A stretch of 39,634 nucleotides of DNA from Gemmatimonadota bacterium (GCA_019510405.1 JAEKKK010000058.1:1-39634), one strand, 5' to 3'; numbered from the stretch's first letter, positions 25,258 to 32,570 are shown. Made by a program: numbers and translations. The notes: generated from the letters alone by a model not told the origin.

Positions 25258-25923
25258 TCACTTCACGTCGATCTGCACCGATCCGCTCTTCCCGCCACTC
25301 TGCGACGTCTGAGCGGTGATCGTCACCGACCCTTTCCGCTTGCCGCTCGCGACACCGCTCGCGGACACCGTAGCGACGTTGGTGTTGGAGCTCGACCAGG
25401 TGAAGCTCTGGTTCGGGACAGTGTTGCCCCTGCTGTCGATCGCGGTGGCGGTGAGCTGCATGGTGTTGCCCACCTTCACCTTCTTCGACGGCGCGGACAC
25501 CCTGACGGACGCCACCGTCGCACCGGCTGCTGCCGGTGGTGCTGCTGCCGGCGGTGGTGCTGCCGGAGGTTCCGCGTGCGCGCCCGCGCTGACGGTGATC
25601 GTGGCGATGCCCGACTTGCCGAGCGCGTTCGCCGCGACTCGTGAGGTCCCGACGGCCAGCGCCGTGACGACTCCGGTCGATGAGATGCCGAGGATGCTCG
25701 GATCCTGGACCGTCCAGGTGATCGCGGCGCCGGGAAGGATCGCGCCCGATCCATCCTGCACCTCGGCCTGAAGCGAAAGCCGATCGTTGAGCGCAATCGT
25801 CGAGCTGGCGGGACTGACGACGATCGCGGCTACCTCCGGGGTCGTGTCGGGCGCCGTGCTGCCACACGACCAACCCGACAGGGCGACCGCAGCGGCGATC
25901 GCCAGCGTCCATCCGCTCCTCAT
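25258..25923 (-). CDS. Lipoprotein with 2 Big_2 domains joined by a Pro/Ala linker (paralog D)
   Basis: Start is ATG at 25923 with AGGAG 6 nt upstream. N-terminus is MRSGWTLAIAAAVALSGWSCGS. The family head domain, then linker AGAHAEPPAAPPPAAAPPAAAGA, then the family tail domain (VRVSAPSKKVKVGNTMQLTATAIDSRGNTVPNQSF...GGKSGSVQIDVK). Confidence 0.8.
   Translation of the reverse strand: MRSGWTLAIAAAVALSGWSCGSTAPDTTPEVAAIVVSPASSTIALNDRLSLQAEVQDGSGAILPGAAITWTVQDPSILGISSTGVVTALAVGTSRVAANALGKSGIATITVSAGAHAEPPAAPPPAAAPPAAAGATVASVRVSAPSKKVKVGNTMQLTATAIDSRGNTVPNQSFTWSSSNTNVATVSASGVASGKRKGSVTITAQTSQSGGKSGSVQIDVK
25519..25590 (-). repeat. Coding Pro/Ala linker built from short GC-rich tandem units
   Basis: The plus strand reads ggctgctgccggtggt gctgctgccggcggtggt gctgccggaggt, imperfect units of 12-18 nt. 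Confidence 0.6.
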
Positions 25924-26105
25924 GTGCCACTCCTGCTTCACACGGCTCCGCACCTGTGCCACCGGGCGGCGACGGAGAACTGGCTACATGCGGTGAGTCG
26001 CCGTCCGTCGCCCAGCTGGCCTGACCGTGTGGATGCCAGCATAGGTAATGCCGGGCGCTGCGCGGTGGCTCAGCGGACTCTGCACCGACGAGAGCAACGC
26101 GTCGC

Positions 26106-27124
26106 TCAGGAGTGCAGTCCTTCGTACGCTGCTTCCGCGGACTGTCTCGTGTGAATCAGCTCGTCGCGCAGCGCATCGCGCATCTTGCGTACGATACGGC
26201 CGCGGACATCGAACAGCGAGCGCCCTGGGAGATGATCGAAGCGAACGCGGCGTACGACCACCACGTCGGTGGACGGCGTACGCGCATGGTCATCGACCAG
26301 CGCTGCAACGTCGAGCCACGAATCGAAGTAGTGGCTCGCATACAGCTGCTTCGTCGCGATCAGCATCGGCTCCCCTGCGCCGGCACCACGCAGTGTGGAG
26401 AGCTGCGAGACGCTGAGGATCGGCTTCAGTCCGGGCCGGCTGTCGGTTGCCCAGTACAGCGTGGTCGCCACGCCGTCGATCAGGCGCGCCGGCGAATCGG
26501 TCAGGTACGTCATGAACCTTGGCGCGTCGCGAAACAGGGGTGCGTTTTCGGCGAGCAGCTGGCGGAAGCCCAACGCGGACCGTTCGCCCCGACGAGTGTC
26601 GTCGTACACGGGGAGGGCCGAGTCTCCGCGCGTCCAGTAATCGCCGACGAGACCGAGCAGCCACAGGCGGATCAACGAGTCGGCTCGAGCGGGCGCGAGC
26701 TGACCAGGTCCGCGTGGCTGAGCGAGCGCGCTCGCGATGGCGGTCATCTGCTGCTCCGGGAGCTTGATCGAGCAGCGCAAGACCTCGCACTTCCGTAAGC
26801 CGATCGAAGCACTCCGAACGCCTGATGCCCCGACTCAGCGAGAAAGGCGGCGACGTCCGAGGTGCGCGCGAGAAAGAACGCGCGCGGCACGGCGACGTGG
26901 ACGAGACCCACGAGCGCGACCTCGTCGCGGTCCGGGGTCGCAAGGGACCGCACGACGACTTCGCCTCCCTCGACCGCCGGGAGATCTCCCACGAGATGGG
27001 GGTCCAGCGCCGCGAGGAACGAGAAGCCAGGCGGCGCCACGTTCGCCTGCTGCGCAGCGGCGGTGGAGCTCGCCGAGAGGAGGAGCGCGATCCACAGCGC
27101 ACGGTATGGTGCGCAGGCTCTCAT
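26106..27124 (-). pseudogene. Secreted hypothetical protein, apparently split by a frameshift near 26810-26830
   Basis: ATG at 27124 has AGGAG 7 nt upstream. Signal peptide is MRACAPYRALWIALLLSASSTAAAQQ. After ...FLAESGHQAFG the high-GC3 signal moves to another frame (GVRSASIGLRKCEVLRCSIKLPEQQMTAIASALAQ... to the stop at 26106). Total length is 1019 nt, not a multiple of 3. Confidence 0.5.
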
Positions 27125-27648
27125 GAAGCAGCTCCTTCGCGCGGCGGACGACAGTCGACGATTACCAAGACGGGCAAGGGACATCCTTAGGGGATGGGCT
27201 GGATGCGCGGTCGATCCGGTCGCCCGCACCCATTAGACGATTCGTACCCCGGAAATCGTTCCCGTGGGGGGAGGCACCGCGCGAGCGCAGTGTCGCCTCA
27301 GCTCCCGTCACTACTCCCCCGGGTAGTTTCCGAGATCGAGGCATGATTGCGGCGTAGAGCTCGGCTCGAGCGGGCTACAATGAACGCGCGGCGTTCATGG
27401 ACGATGTCAGATCACCCCAGCTTTCGATCCACTCCACGCCGACCCACTGTGGGCACGGCTGCTAGGCCGGATGGGCTTCACGCCGTGAAAGACAGAGGCG
27501 GCGAGCACGGAGGGTCGCGCCTCGGCGCTGCGTCGAGTTTCGTCGTCCCGTCGTCGGCCGTGCACGGCATGCAGCAGCACTCTGCTGCACAGATTGGATC
27601 GACCATCGTTGGCGCGATGAACAAGAGCGTACGCGATTGGCGCACGAT

Positions 27649-28566
27649 TCACCGACGCACTTGAATGATCGTTTTCCCCGTGCGTCGCTCGGGCGAGTTG
27701 AAGGCGGCGACTGCATCGTCGAGGCTCGCGACATTGCCGATGTTCGTCCGCAGCCGCCCATCACGCACTCGCTGAGCGATCTCGCGCAGTTGGTCACGAT
27801 TTGACTCGACGACGAAATCGACTGCCAGACCGTCGGTGGGCCGGGCCTCACTCGGCCCGACGACGGACACCAGCGTTCCTCCCGCTCGCACCAGGCGGGC
27901 CGACCGCTTCCCGGTGTCGCCGCCGATGACATCGAATACCAGATCGACTCCACCGATGTCTTCCAGGGCATCGTGCTCGAGGTCAATGAATTCTTGTGCG
28001 CCGAAGTCGAGTGCCTTCTGGCGGTCTGCGGCGCGGCCAGTGCCGATGACGTAGGCGCCGGCCGCTCGCGCGAGCTGCGTTACCATTGTCCCGACCGCAC
28101 CGGCCGCGCCGTGCGCGAGAACGCTCTGCCCCACGCGGAGGCGGCCGTGCTCGAACAGCCCCTGCCATGCGGTCAACCCTGAGATCGGCAAACTCGCGCC
28201 TGTTGTGAAGTCGAGGTCGCCAGGCAGCGGCGCGAGGTTGCGCGCCTCGATCGCGACGTACTCGGCCAAAGTGCCGTCGCGGTACCAGTCCGCGAGGCCG
28301 AACACGCGCTGCCCCACCGACCACCCCGTCGTGCCGTAGCCGAGGGCGCTGACCACACCGGCCAGCTCGTGCCCGGGGATCGACGGCATTCGGTCATGGC
28401 CGACTCGGTCGGACCAGGTGGACGGCCACGTCAACTCGGTTCCGACATACCCGGACGCATAAACCTGAACGACGACATCATTGATCGCGGCCTGCGGGTT
28501 GGGACGCTCGACGAGCTTCATCCCGGCCGTTCCCGCGGTCTGGTCCGTCACCACTATCGCTTTCAT
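27649..28566 (-). CDS. Zinc-type alcohol dehydrogenase-like / NADPH:quinone oxidoreductase (MDR superfamily)
   Basis: GAGGAG lies 6 nt upstream of the ATG at 28566. Sequence features: MKAIVV..., PGHELAGVVSALG, the Rossmann motif VLAHGAAGAVGTMVTQLA, and a C-terminal region typical of quinone oxidoreductase-like MDRs. Confidence 0.85.
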   Translation of the reverse strand: MKAIVVTDQTAGTAGMKLVERPNPQAAINDVVVQVYASGYVGTELTWPSTWSDRVGHDRMPSIPGHELAGVVSALGYGTTGWSVGQRVFGLADWYRDGTLAEYVAIEARNLAPLPGDLDFTTGASLPISGLTAWQGLFEHGRLRVGQSVLAHGAAGAVGTMVTQLARAAGAYVIGTGRAADRQKALDFGAQEFIDLEHDALEDIGGVDLVFDVIGGDTGKRSARLVRAGGTLVSVVGPSEARPTDGLAVDFVVESNRDQLREIAQRVRDGRLRTNIGNVASLDDAVAAFNSPERRTGKTIIQVRR

Positions 28567-28826
28567 CGCACGTCTCCTCGGTGGATCGACGCCGAGTTTG
28601 CGAATGATGCTTTGGCAGCTTTGCGGTCAGCGGCCCGAGGCGAATTGCAAGGCATCGGTGGGATGGACGTGTTCATGGACCCGCTGAGCATGTTGCGCAA
28701 TGTGGGCCATACGCCTGATCGAGTTCAGGCCACGGCTGTTGCTTGGATGACCCGAATGCTTCGCAGCGAAGAGCCTGCGGTGGCTGGAGCGCCGCCGATG
28801 CTTCCCGTGCGTTTCCCAAGGCGAAT

Positions 28827-28853
28827 TTCGTACTGAAACTTCGTACTGAAAAC
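28827..28853. repeat. Two tandem copies of a 13-nt unit (TTCGTACTGAAAC / TTCGTACTGAAAAC)
   Basis: Direct reading of 28827-28853. It lies immediately 3' (on the minus strand) of the tRNA-Gln terminator. Confidence 0.7.
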
Positions 28854-28855
28854 GA

Positions 28856-28892
28856 GAAGCCCGGTAACGCCTTGGATGCGTTACCGGGCTTC
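28856..28892 (-). terminator. Rho-independent terminator of tRNA-Gln
   Basis: Minus strand reads GAAGCCCGGTAACGC-atccaag-GCGTTACCGGGCTTC (15-bp stem), followed by TCGTTTTCAG. It starts 4 nt after the tRNA 3' end. Confidence 0.7.
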
Positions 28893-28895
28893 GAG

Positions 28896-28968
28896 TTGCC
28901 CCTCCTGGGATCGAACCAGGACTCTCCTGATCCAGAGTCAGGCGTGTTGCCAATTACACCAAGGGGCA
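28896..28968 (-). tRNA. tRNA-Gln (anticodon CTG), no encoded CCA
   Basis: 73-nt cloverleaf: acceptor TGCCCCT/AGGGGCA, D arm GTGT-AATTGGCA-ACAC, anticodon arm CCTGA-CTCTGGA-TCAGG, T arm CCTGG-TTCGATC-CCAGG, discriminator A. Confidence 0.9.
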
Positions 28969-29010
28969 CCGTGCATCCGCCGACTGACTAGCCATTCGGG
29001 GAACCCATGT

Positions 29011-29039
29011 ATTTTAGCCGTGGTAGGATGCCGCTTCAA
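29011..29039 (-). promoter_or_regulatory. Sigma70-like promoter for tRNA-Gln
   Basis: Minus strand reads TTGAAG (29039-29034), a 17-nt spacer, then TAAAAT (29016-29011). The -10 element is about 40 nt upstream of the tRNA 5' end. Confidence 0.45.
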
Positions 29040-29066
29040 CCCCTCGCGCCCACCACGGAGTAGACG

Positions 29067-30371
29067 CTGTCCTTCCCCCATCATCGCCGCCTCGCACACC
29101 GGGCTCGGCTAGCCCTACTCCTCTCATCGTTTGCCGGCGCGATCAGCTGTCGAGAGACCTTCGGCGGGTTCGGCACCGGGCTGCGGGCGCGCACCGGCGC
29201 GGAGCAGATGCTGGGCGCACTCGGCGAGAGCTTCACCGACGTGGCGCGCAACCCGAAGCTCCTGTACGCCCGACTGCAGCTGGCAAAACACTCCCTGCTT
29301 CCGTCACGCGCCTTCGAGGACAGCGCCGTGTGGACCGGGAGCTCGGGGGCGGTGCGGCTGCTGGAGGTCCAGGGGGCGTTCCAGGGCGGCCACTACGCGC
29401 TGTCGGCGCACCCGAATGTGCCCGCGCCGAACAAGCCGGCGGACAGCCGCCACGTCATCACGCTCAGCCGCCTCGCGGACGGTGAGTACCGCTGGGACAC
29501 GAACGTGGACTTCGCGATCGGGGCGATCCGGCCGAGCGACGTGGCGACGGTGTTCTCGCGGTTCGTCTCCGCGGCGGAGGAGACGAGCGCGAACCAGGTG
29601 CGGGCCGAGCTGGCATCGTACGCGCCGCGGACCTCGAGCGCGCTCGGGACGGCATTCTCGCTCGACTCGGTGATGCCGACGCGGCTCGCTGATGGCAGCA
29701 CGGTGGTGACGCTCACCATCGCGATGCGATCGGACCTGCTGAAGCAGCGCTATCCGACGTTCGCGGCGTTCTTCCACAAGTACATCGACCCGGCGCGCTA
29801 TCGCATCACGGTGACGGATCGCGCGGGCACGCCCTACTTCGAAGCGAGGGCGGCGGATCAGCTGCTCACGGTGCGCCTTCGCACGCTGGACGGGAAGCTC
29901 GTCTCGCTTGCCGGGCCGGCGACACCGATGCCGGATACGCTCGAGCTGCTCATGGATTTCAAGACGAGCGTCAAGCATTTCGGCGTGGGGTTCCATGGGC
30001 TGCGCACGGAGCTGATCCACGTGCGGAAGAGCGACATGGAGAACGGCTGGGTGATCTCGGCGCGGCGAGAGCCCGACTGGGACTTGCCGCTGTTCACGGC
30101 GCGGATGATCCGCACGCCGCTGCGCCGGCCGTTCACGGGGGAAGGATCGCTGTTCCGCATCGGCGTGCGGGGGGACGGCAGCGGGCAGACGGTGATCTTT
30201 CGCGAGATCCGGCTCTTCGTGCAGGAGAGCGCGATCCTGCGATTCCTGAACGCGTTGAGTGGCGCGGCGTTCAGCGAGTTCGCCGATCAGGTGGACGCGG
30301 AGCAGAACGCCTGGCTCCGCGAAATATTCGTCGCGATGCGCGACGACGCGCGCGCCGCGATCACGCCCTGA
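29067..30371 (+). CDS. Hypothetical exported/lipoprotein-like protein; probable non-canonical CTG start (conservative model 29208-30371)
   Basis: The frame is open from 29064 and has high GC3. The segment before the first ATG (29208) encodes a signal-peptide-like sequence SFPHHRRLAHRARLALLLSSFAGAISC, but it contains no ATG, GTG or TTG. GGAG (29057-29060) lies 6 nt before CTG at 29067. I do not recognise the family of the body (..YRWDTNVDFAIG.., ..FHKYIDPARYRITVTD..). Confidence 0.5.
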   Translation: MSFPHHRRLAHRARLALLLSSFAGAISCRETFGGFGTGLRARTGAEQMLGALGESFTDVARNPKLLYARLQLAKHSLLPSRAFEDSAVWTGSSGAVRLLEVQGAFQGGHYALSAHPNVPAPNKPADSRHVITLSRLADGEYRWDTNVDFAIGAIRPSDVATVFSRFVSAAEETSANQVRAELASYAPRTSSALGTAFSLDSVMPTRLADGSTVVTLTIAMRSDLLKQRYPTFAAFFHKYIDPARYRITVTDRAGTPYFEARAADQLLTVRLRTLDGKLVSLAGPATPMPDTLELLMDFKTSVKHFGVGFHGLRTELIHVRKSDMENGWVISARREPDWDLPLFTARMIRTPLRRPFTGEGSLFRIGVRGDGSGQTVIFREIRLFVQESAILRFLNALSGAAFSEFADQVDAEQNAWLREIFVAMRDDARAAITP

Positions 30372-30444
30372 TCGCGCGCTCCGTCGCCGCAAGGGGCCGA
30401 GGTCGAGGGTCGACGTGGCAGGTAGGCCGCGCGAGGTCCGCGAA

Positions 30445-30475
30445 CTGAAAACGACGCGAGCCTTTTAGGCTCGCG
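30445..30475 (-). terminator. Rho-independent-type terminator (minus strand), about 165 nt downstream of tRNA-Ala
   Basis: Stem CGCGAGCC/GGCTCGCG (30455-30462 and 30468-30475) with a 5-nt loop. On the minus strand it is followed by TCGTTTTCAG, the same tail as the tRNA-Gln terminator. Confidence 0.5.
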
Positions 30476-30638
30476 GCGTCTCGTCCCGTACGGGCACCCT
30501 CGCATCGGAGGTTGCCACGCGCGCCGTCATTGGAACTCTCCGTCCTACCGAACGGCGGCGGGCAATATATCGATCCGTTGGCGGTTGCTATGCCATCAAC
30601 AAACGCAAAGACTACGCCAACCAAATCTCGTCACAAAA

Positions 30639-30711
30639 TGGAGCTGAGGGGGATCGAACCCCTGACCTCTGCAGTGCGATTGCAGCGCTCTCCCAGCTGA
30701 GCTACAGCCCC
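30639..30711 (-). tRNA. tRNA-Ala (anticodon CGC), no encoded CCA
   Basis: 73-nt cloverleaf: acceptor GGGGCTG/CAGCTCC with the G3:U70 Ala identity pair, D arm GCTC-AGCTGGGA-GAGC, anticodon arm CTGCA-ATCGCAC-TGCAG, T arm AGGGG-TTCGATC-CCCCT, discriminator A. Confidence 0.9.
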
Positions 30712-30803
30712 GCATCGTCGGCTCATGGAGAGCGTGGTTCCGCTCCGTCCATTGGCCAGACGGAAACGGCCCCGCAACCGTGCGGAGCCGCCGTCACAGA
30801 AGA

Positions 30804-30831
30804 AATCTAGCCGGACGGTCCGCGCTGTCAA
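30804..30831 (-). promoter_or_regulatory. Sigma70-like promoter upstream of tRNA-Ala
   Basis: Minus strand reads TTGACA (30831-30826), a 16-nt spacer, then TAGATT (30809-30804). It is about 90 nt upstream of the tRNA 5' end. Confidence 0.4.
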
Positions 30832-30951
30832 GCAGACGCGCTGCACGCATGGAAGTAACGATCGGCGATGCGGGGACACAGACGTCGCCTTCGTCGCAAC
30901 CGACTTGCCCGGAGGCGCGGGCTGGTTCATCATGCGGCACACCCACCGCTC

Positions 30952-31926
30952 ATGATTCTTCCTGCCGCTCCCGACGTCCTCGCCGCCGCTCATCGGCTCC
31001 GCGGGGTGATCCAACGCACGCCGTGCAGCTACTCGGCGCCGCTCTCGGCGCGCGCGGGCGCGGAGATCTATCTCAAGTGGGAGAACCAGCAGCACACTGG
31101 CTCCTTCAAGCTGCGCGGCGCGTTCAACGCGCTGCTGACGATGCCGCACGAAGACCGCCGGCGTGGTGTGGTGGTGTCGTCGGCGGGGAATCACGGCCTG
31201 GGCATCGCGCACGCCGCGCGGACGCTGGGGATGCGCGCCCGCGTGTTCATTCCGGCCACCGCGCCCGATGTGAAGCGCGATGGCATCCTGGCGCTGGGCG
31301 CCGAGGTGGACGCGAAGCAGCCGGACTACGATGCGGCGCACGAAGCGGCACTCGCCTATGCGACCCAGCACCGGTCGACGTTCGTGAGCCCCTGCACCGG
31401 GCGGCCGCTGCTCGCCGGCCAGGGGACGGTGGGACTCGAGATCCTCGAGGAGCTGCCGACGGTTCGCACGCTCGTCGTGCCGGTCGGCGGAGGGGGGCTC
31501 GCCGGCGGAATCGCGGTGCTGGTGCGCGCGCTCGCGCCGCACGTGCGGATCATCGGCGCGCAGAGCGAGCTGACGAACGCCATGTCGCTCTCGCTCGCCT
31601 CCGGCCAGCGCACGGTGATCCCCGTGGTGCCCACGCTCGCCGATGGTCTGGCGGGTCAGGTGGACGACGAGGGGATGCTGATTGGCCGCTTCGCGCTGGA
31701 CGAGATCGTGGAAGTCTCGGAGCGTGAGATCGCCGACACGATGCTCTGGCTCTCACGCATGCACGGAGCGCGCGTGGAAGGGTCGGGGGCAGTGGCGACG
31801 GCCGCCGTGCTGGCGCGCGGCAAGTGGGACGGGCCGGTAGCGGCCATCGTGAGTGGAGGCAACGTCGACCTGCGCGTCTGGAACGAGATCGCGGGAGACG
31901 TGGAGGGCGCCGCCGCGGTCGCGTAG
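30952..31926 (+). CDS. PLP-dependent threonine/serine dehydratase (short form, no ACT regulatory domain)
   Basis: Start is ATG at 30952 (MILPAAPDVLAAAHRLRGVIQRTP). PLP-lysine motif KWENQQHTGSFKLRGAFN, then SSAGNHGLGIA and the glycine loop VPVGGGGLAGGIA. Confidence 0.85.
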   Translation: MILPAAPDVLAAAHRLRGVIQRTPCSYSAPLSARAGAEIYLKWENQQHTGSFKLRGAFNALLTMPHEDRRRGVVVSSAGNHGLGIAHAARTLGMRARVFIPATAPDVKRDGILALGAEVDAKQPDYDAAHEAALAYATQHRSTFVSPCTGRPLLAGQGTVGLEILEELPTVRTLVVPVGGGGLAGGIAVLVRALAPHVRIIGAQSELTNAMSLSLASGQRTVIPVVPTLADGLAGQVDDEGMLIGRFALDEIVEVSEREIADTMLWLSRMHGARVEGSGAVATAAVLARGKWDGPVAAIVSGGNVDLRVWNEIAGDVEGAAAVA

Positions 31927-31950
31927 TCGCGGACCACGCACGAACGACGA

Positions 31951-31980
31951 ACGGCACGCCGGAATTCTCCGGCGTGCCGT
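31951..31980. terminator. Hairpin between convergent genes (dehydratase / KGG protein)
   Basis: 13-bp perfect stem ACGGCACGCCGGA/TCCGGCGTGCCGT with loop ATTC. It is followed by TT on the plus strand, so the U-tract is weak on both strands. Confidence 0.45.
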
Positions 31981-32003
31981 TTCGATATCGCGAACCCCGA
32001 GTG

Positions 32004-32570
32004 CTATGGGCGCTCGATATTGCGTTCGTCGGCGGTCGACGGACGACGCTCGCCACCGAGTGAATTGCCCGACGGACGCGCTGCGTTCTGCCCACCGGCG
32101 CTCGCCTGTCCGTTGGTGCCGGCCGCGAGACCGACCTCGCGATCGCTCTGGAACCGCTGGGCGTTGGCCTGCTCGCCGGCGCCCTGCTGGAGACGAGCGG
32201 CCCGGTTGGCGCCGCGTGCCTCGCCACCGCGGCGGCCGATGGCCGCCATGTGCTCGCGGTTGCGGCTCACCGTGACGCCGCCCTTGCGCCCCGCGGCGCG
32301 CGCTTCGCTGGAGTCGAATTCGTGTGCGGTGCCCTTCTGGTGCGCGGCACGCCCGCCCTTGCTCGCGATCTCGCGCTGCTTCGAGCGATCCATCGAGGCG
32401 AAGCCCCGATTGCTGCGGCGCGTCGTGCCGCTCGTCTCGGACGCATCGCTGCGGCTCGCGCCCTCGCCGCCCGTGCTGCGAGCAGAGCGACCACCCTCGT
32501 TGGAGATCTCTCGCTGCCGCTCCCGATCCGCGCCGAAGCTGCGCTCCTCGTTATTCGGTCTGATCGCCAT
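32004..32570 (-). CDS. KGG-repeat general stress protein
   Basis: AGGAGG lies upstream of the ATG at 32570. The protein is highly charged and disordered, with repeated stress-induced KGG-type motifs (RSKQREIASKGGRAAHQKG, ARAAGRKGG, IGRRGGEARG). Confidence 0.8.
   Translation of the reverse strand: MAIRPNNEERSFGADRERQREISNEGGRSARSTGGEGASRSDASETSGTTRRSNRGFASMDRSKQREIASKGGRAAHQKGTAHEFDSSEARAAGRKGGVTVSRNREHMAAIGRRGGEARGANRAARLQQGAGEQANAQRFQSDREVGLAAGTNGQASAGGQNAARPSGNSLGGERRPSTADERNIERP

Noticed and set aside
23229-25923. Diversity-generating retroelement or silent-cassette (pilS/vls-like) system acting on the Big_2 paralogs.
   Set aside because: The window has no reverse transcriptase and no template/variable repeat pair with adenine-specific differences. 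Each paralog has its own Shine-Dalgarno, start and signal peptide, so none is a promoterless cassette.
26744-26747. ATGA stop/start overlap that would make 26744-27124 and 26106-26747 two translationally coupled genes rather than one frameshifted gene.
   Set aside because: In the last 23 or so codons of the upstream frame, GC3 falls to about 50% with an Arg/Ser-rich tail. The other frame already shows about 85% GC3 for 27 codons upstream of that ATG. This favours a single disrupted gene. The two-gene model remains the alternative.
28369-28836. 155-aa plus-strand ORF upstream of the oxidoreductase, and the 105-aa ORF at 27347-27664.
   Set aside because: The first half of 28369-28836 is antisense to the oxidoreductase. 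The remainder, and the 27347-27664 ORF, have low or mixed GC3, no Shine-Dalgarno and no recognisable motif.
22606-28968. tRNA-Gln-associated genomic island covering the pseudogenes and the Big_2 paralog array.
   Set aside because: I could find no integrase or recombinase, no direct repeat of the tRNA-Gln 3' end by eye, and no clear compositional break apart from small intergenic stretches. A whole-genome repeat search would be needed to settle it.
29028-29063. ATG at 29028 followed by an in-frame TAG at 29061, considered as the true N-terminus of the 29067/29208 gene (stop-codon read-through or recoding).
   Set aside because: The ATG sits inside the predicted tRNA-Gln promoter spacer on the other strand. 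It has no Shine-Dalgarno and encodes a non-signal peptide (MPLQPLAPTTE). A Shine-Dalgarno-preceded CTG just after the TAG is the simpler explanation. Read-through cannot be excluded from sequence alone.
30631-31542. 303-aa minus-strand ORF and the 315-aa plus-strand frame (30780-31727) overlapping the dehydratase gene and tRNA-Ala.
   Set aside because: Both give Arg-rich shadow translations, and one runs through the tRNA-Ala gene. The 30952-31926 frame contains the PLP-lysine and glycine-loop motifs.
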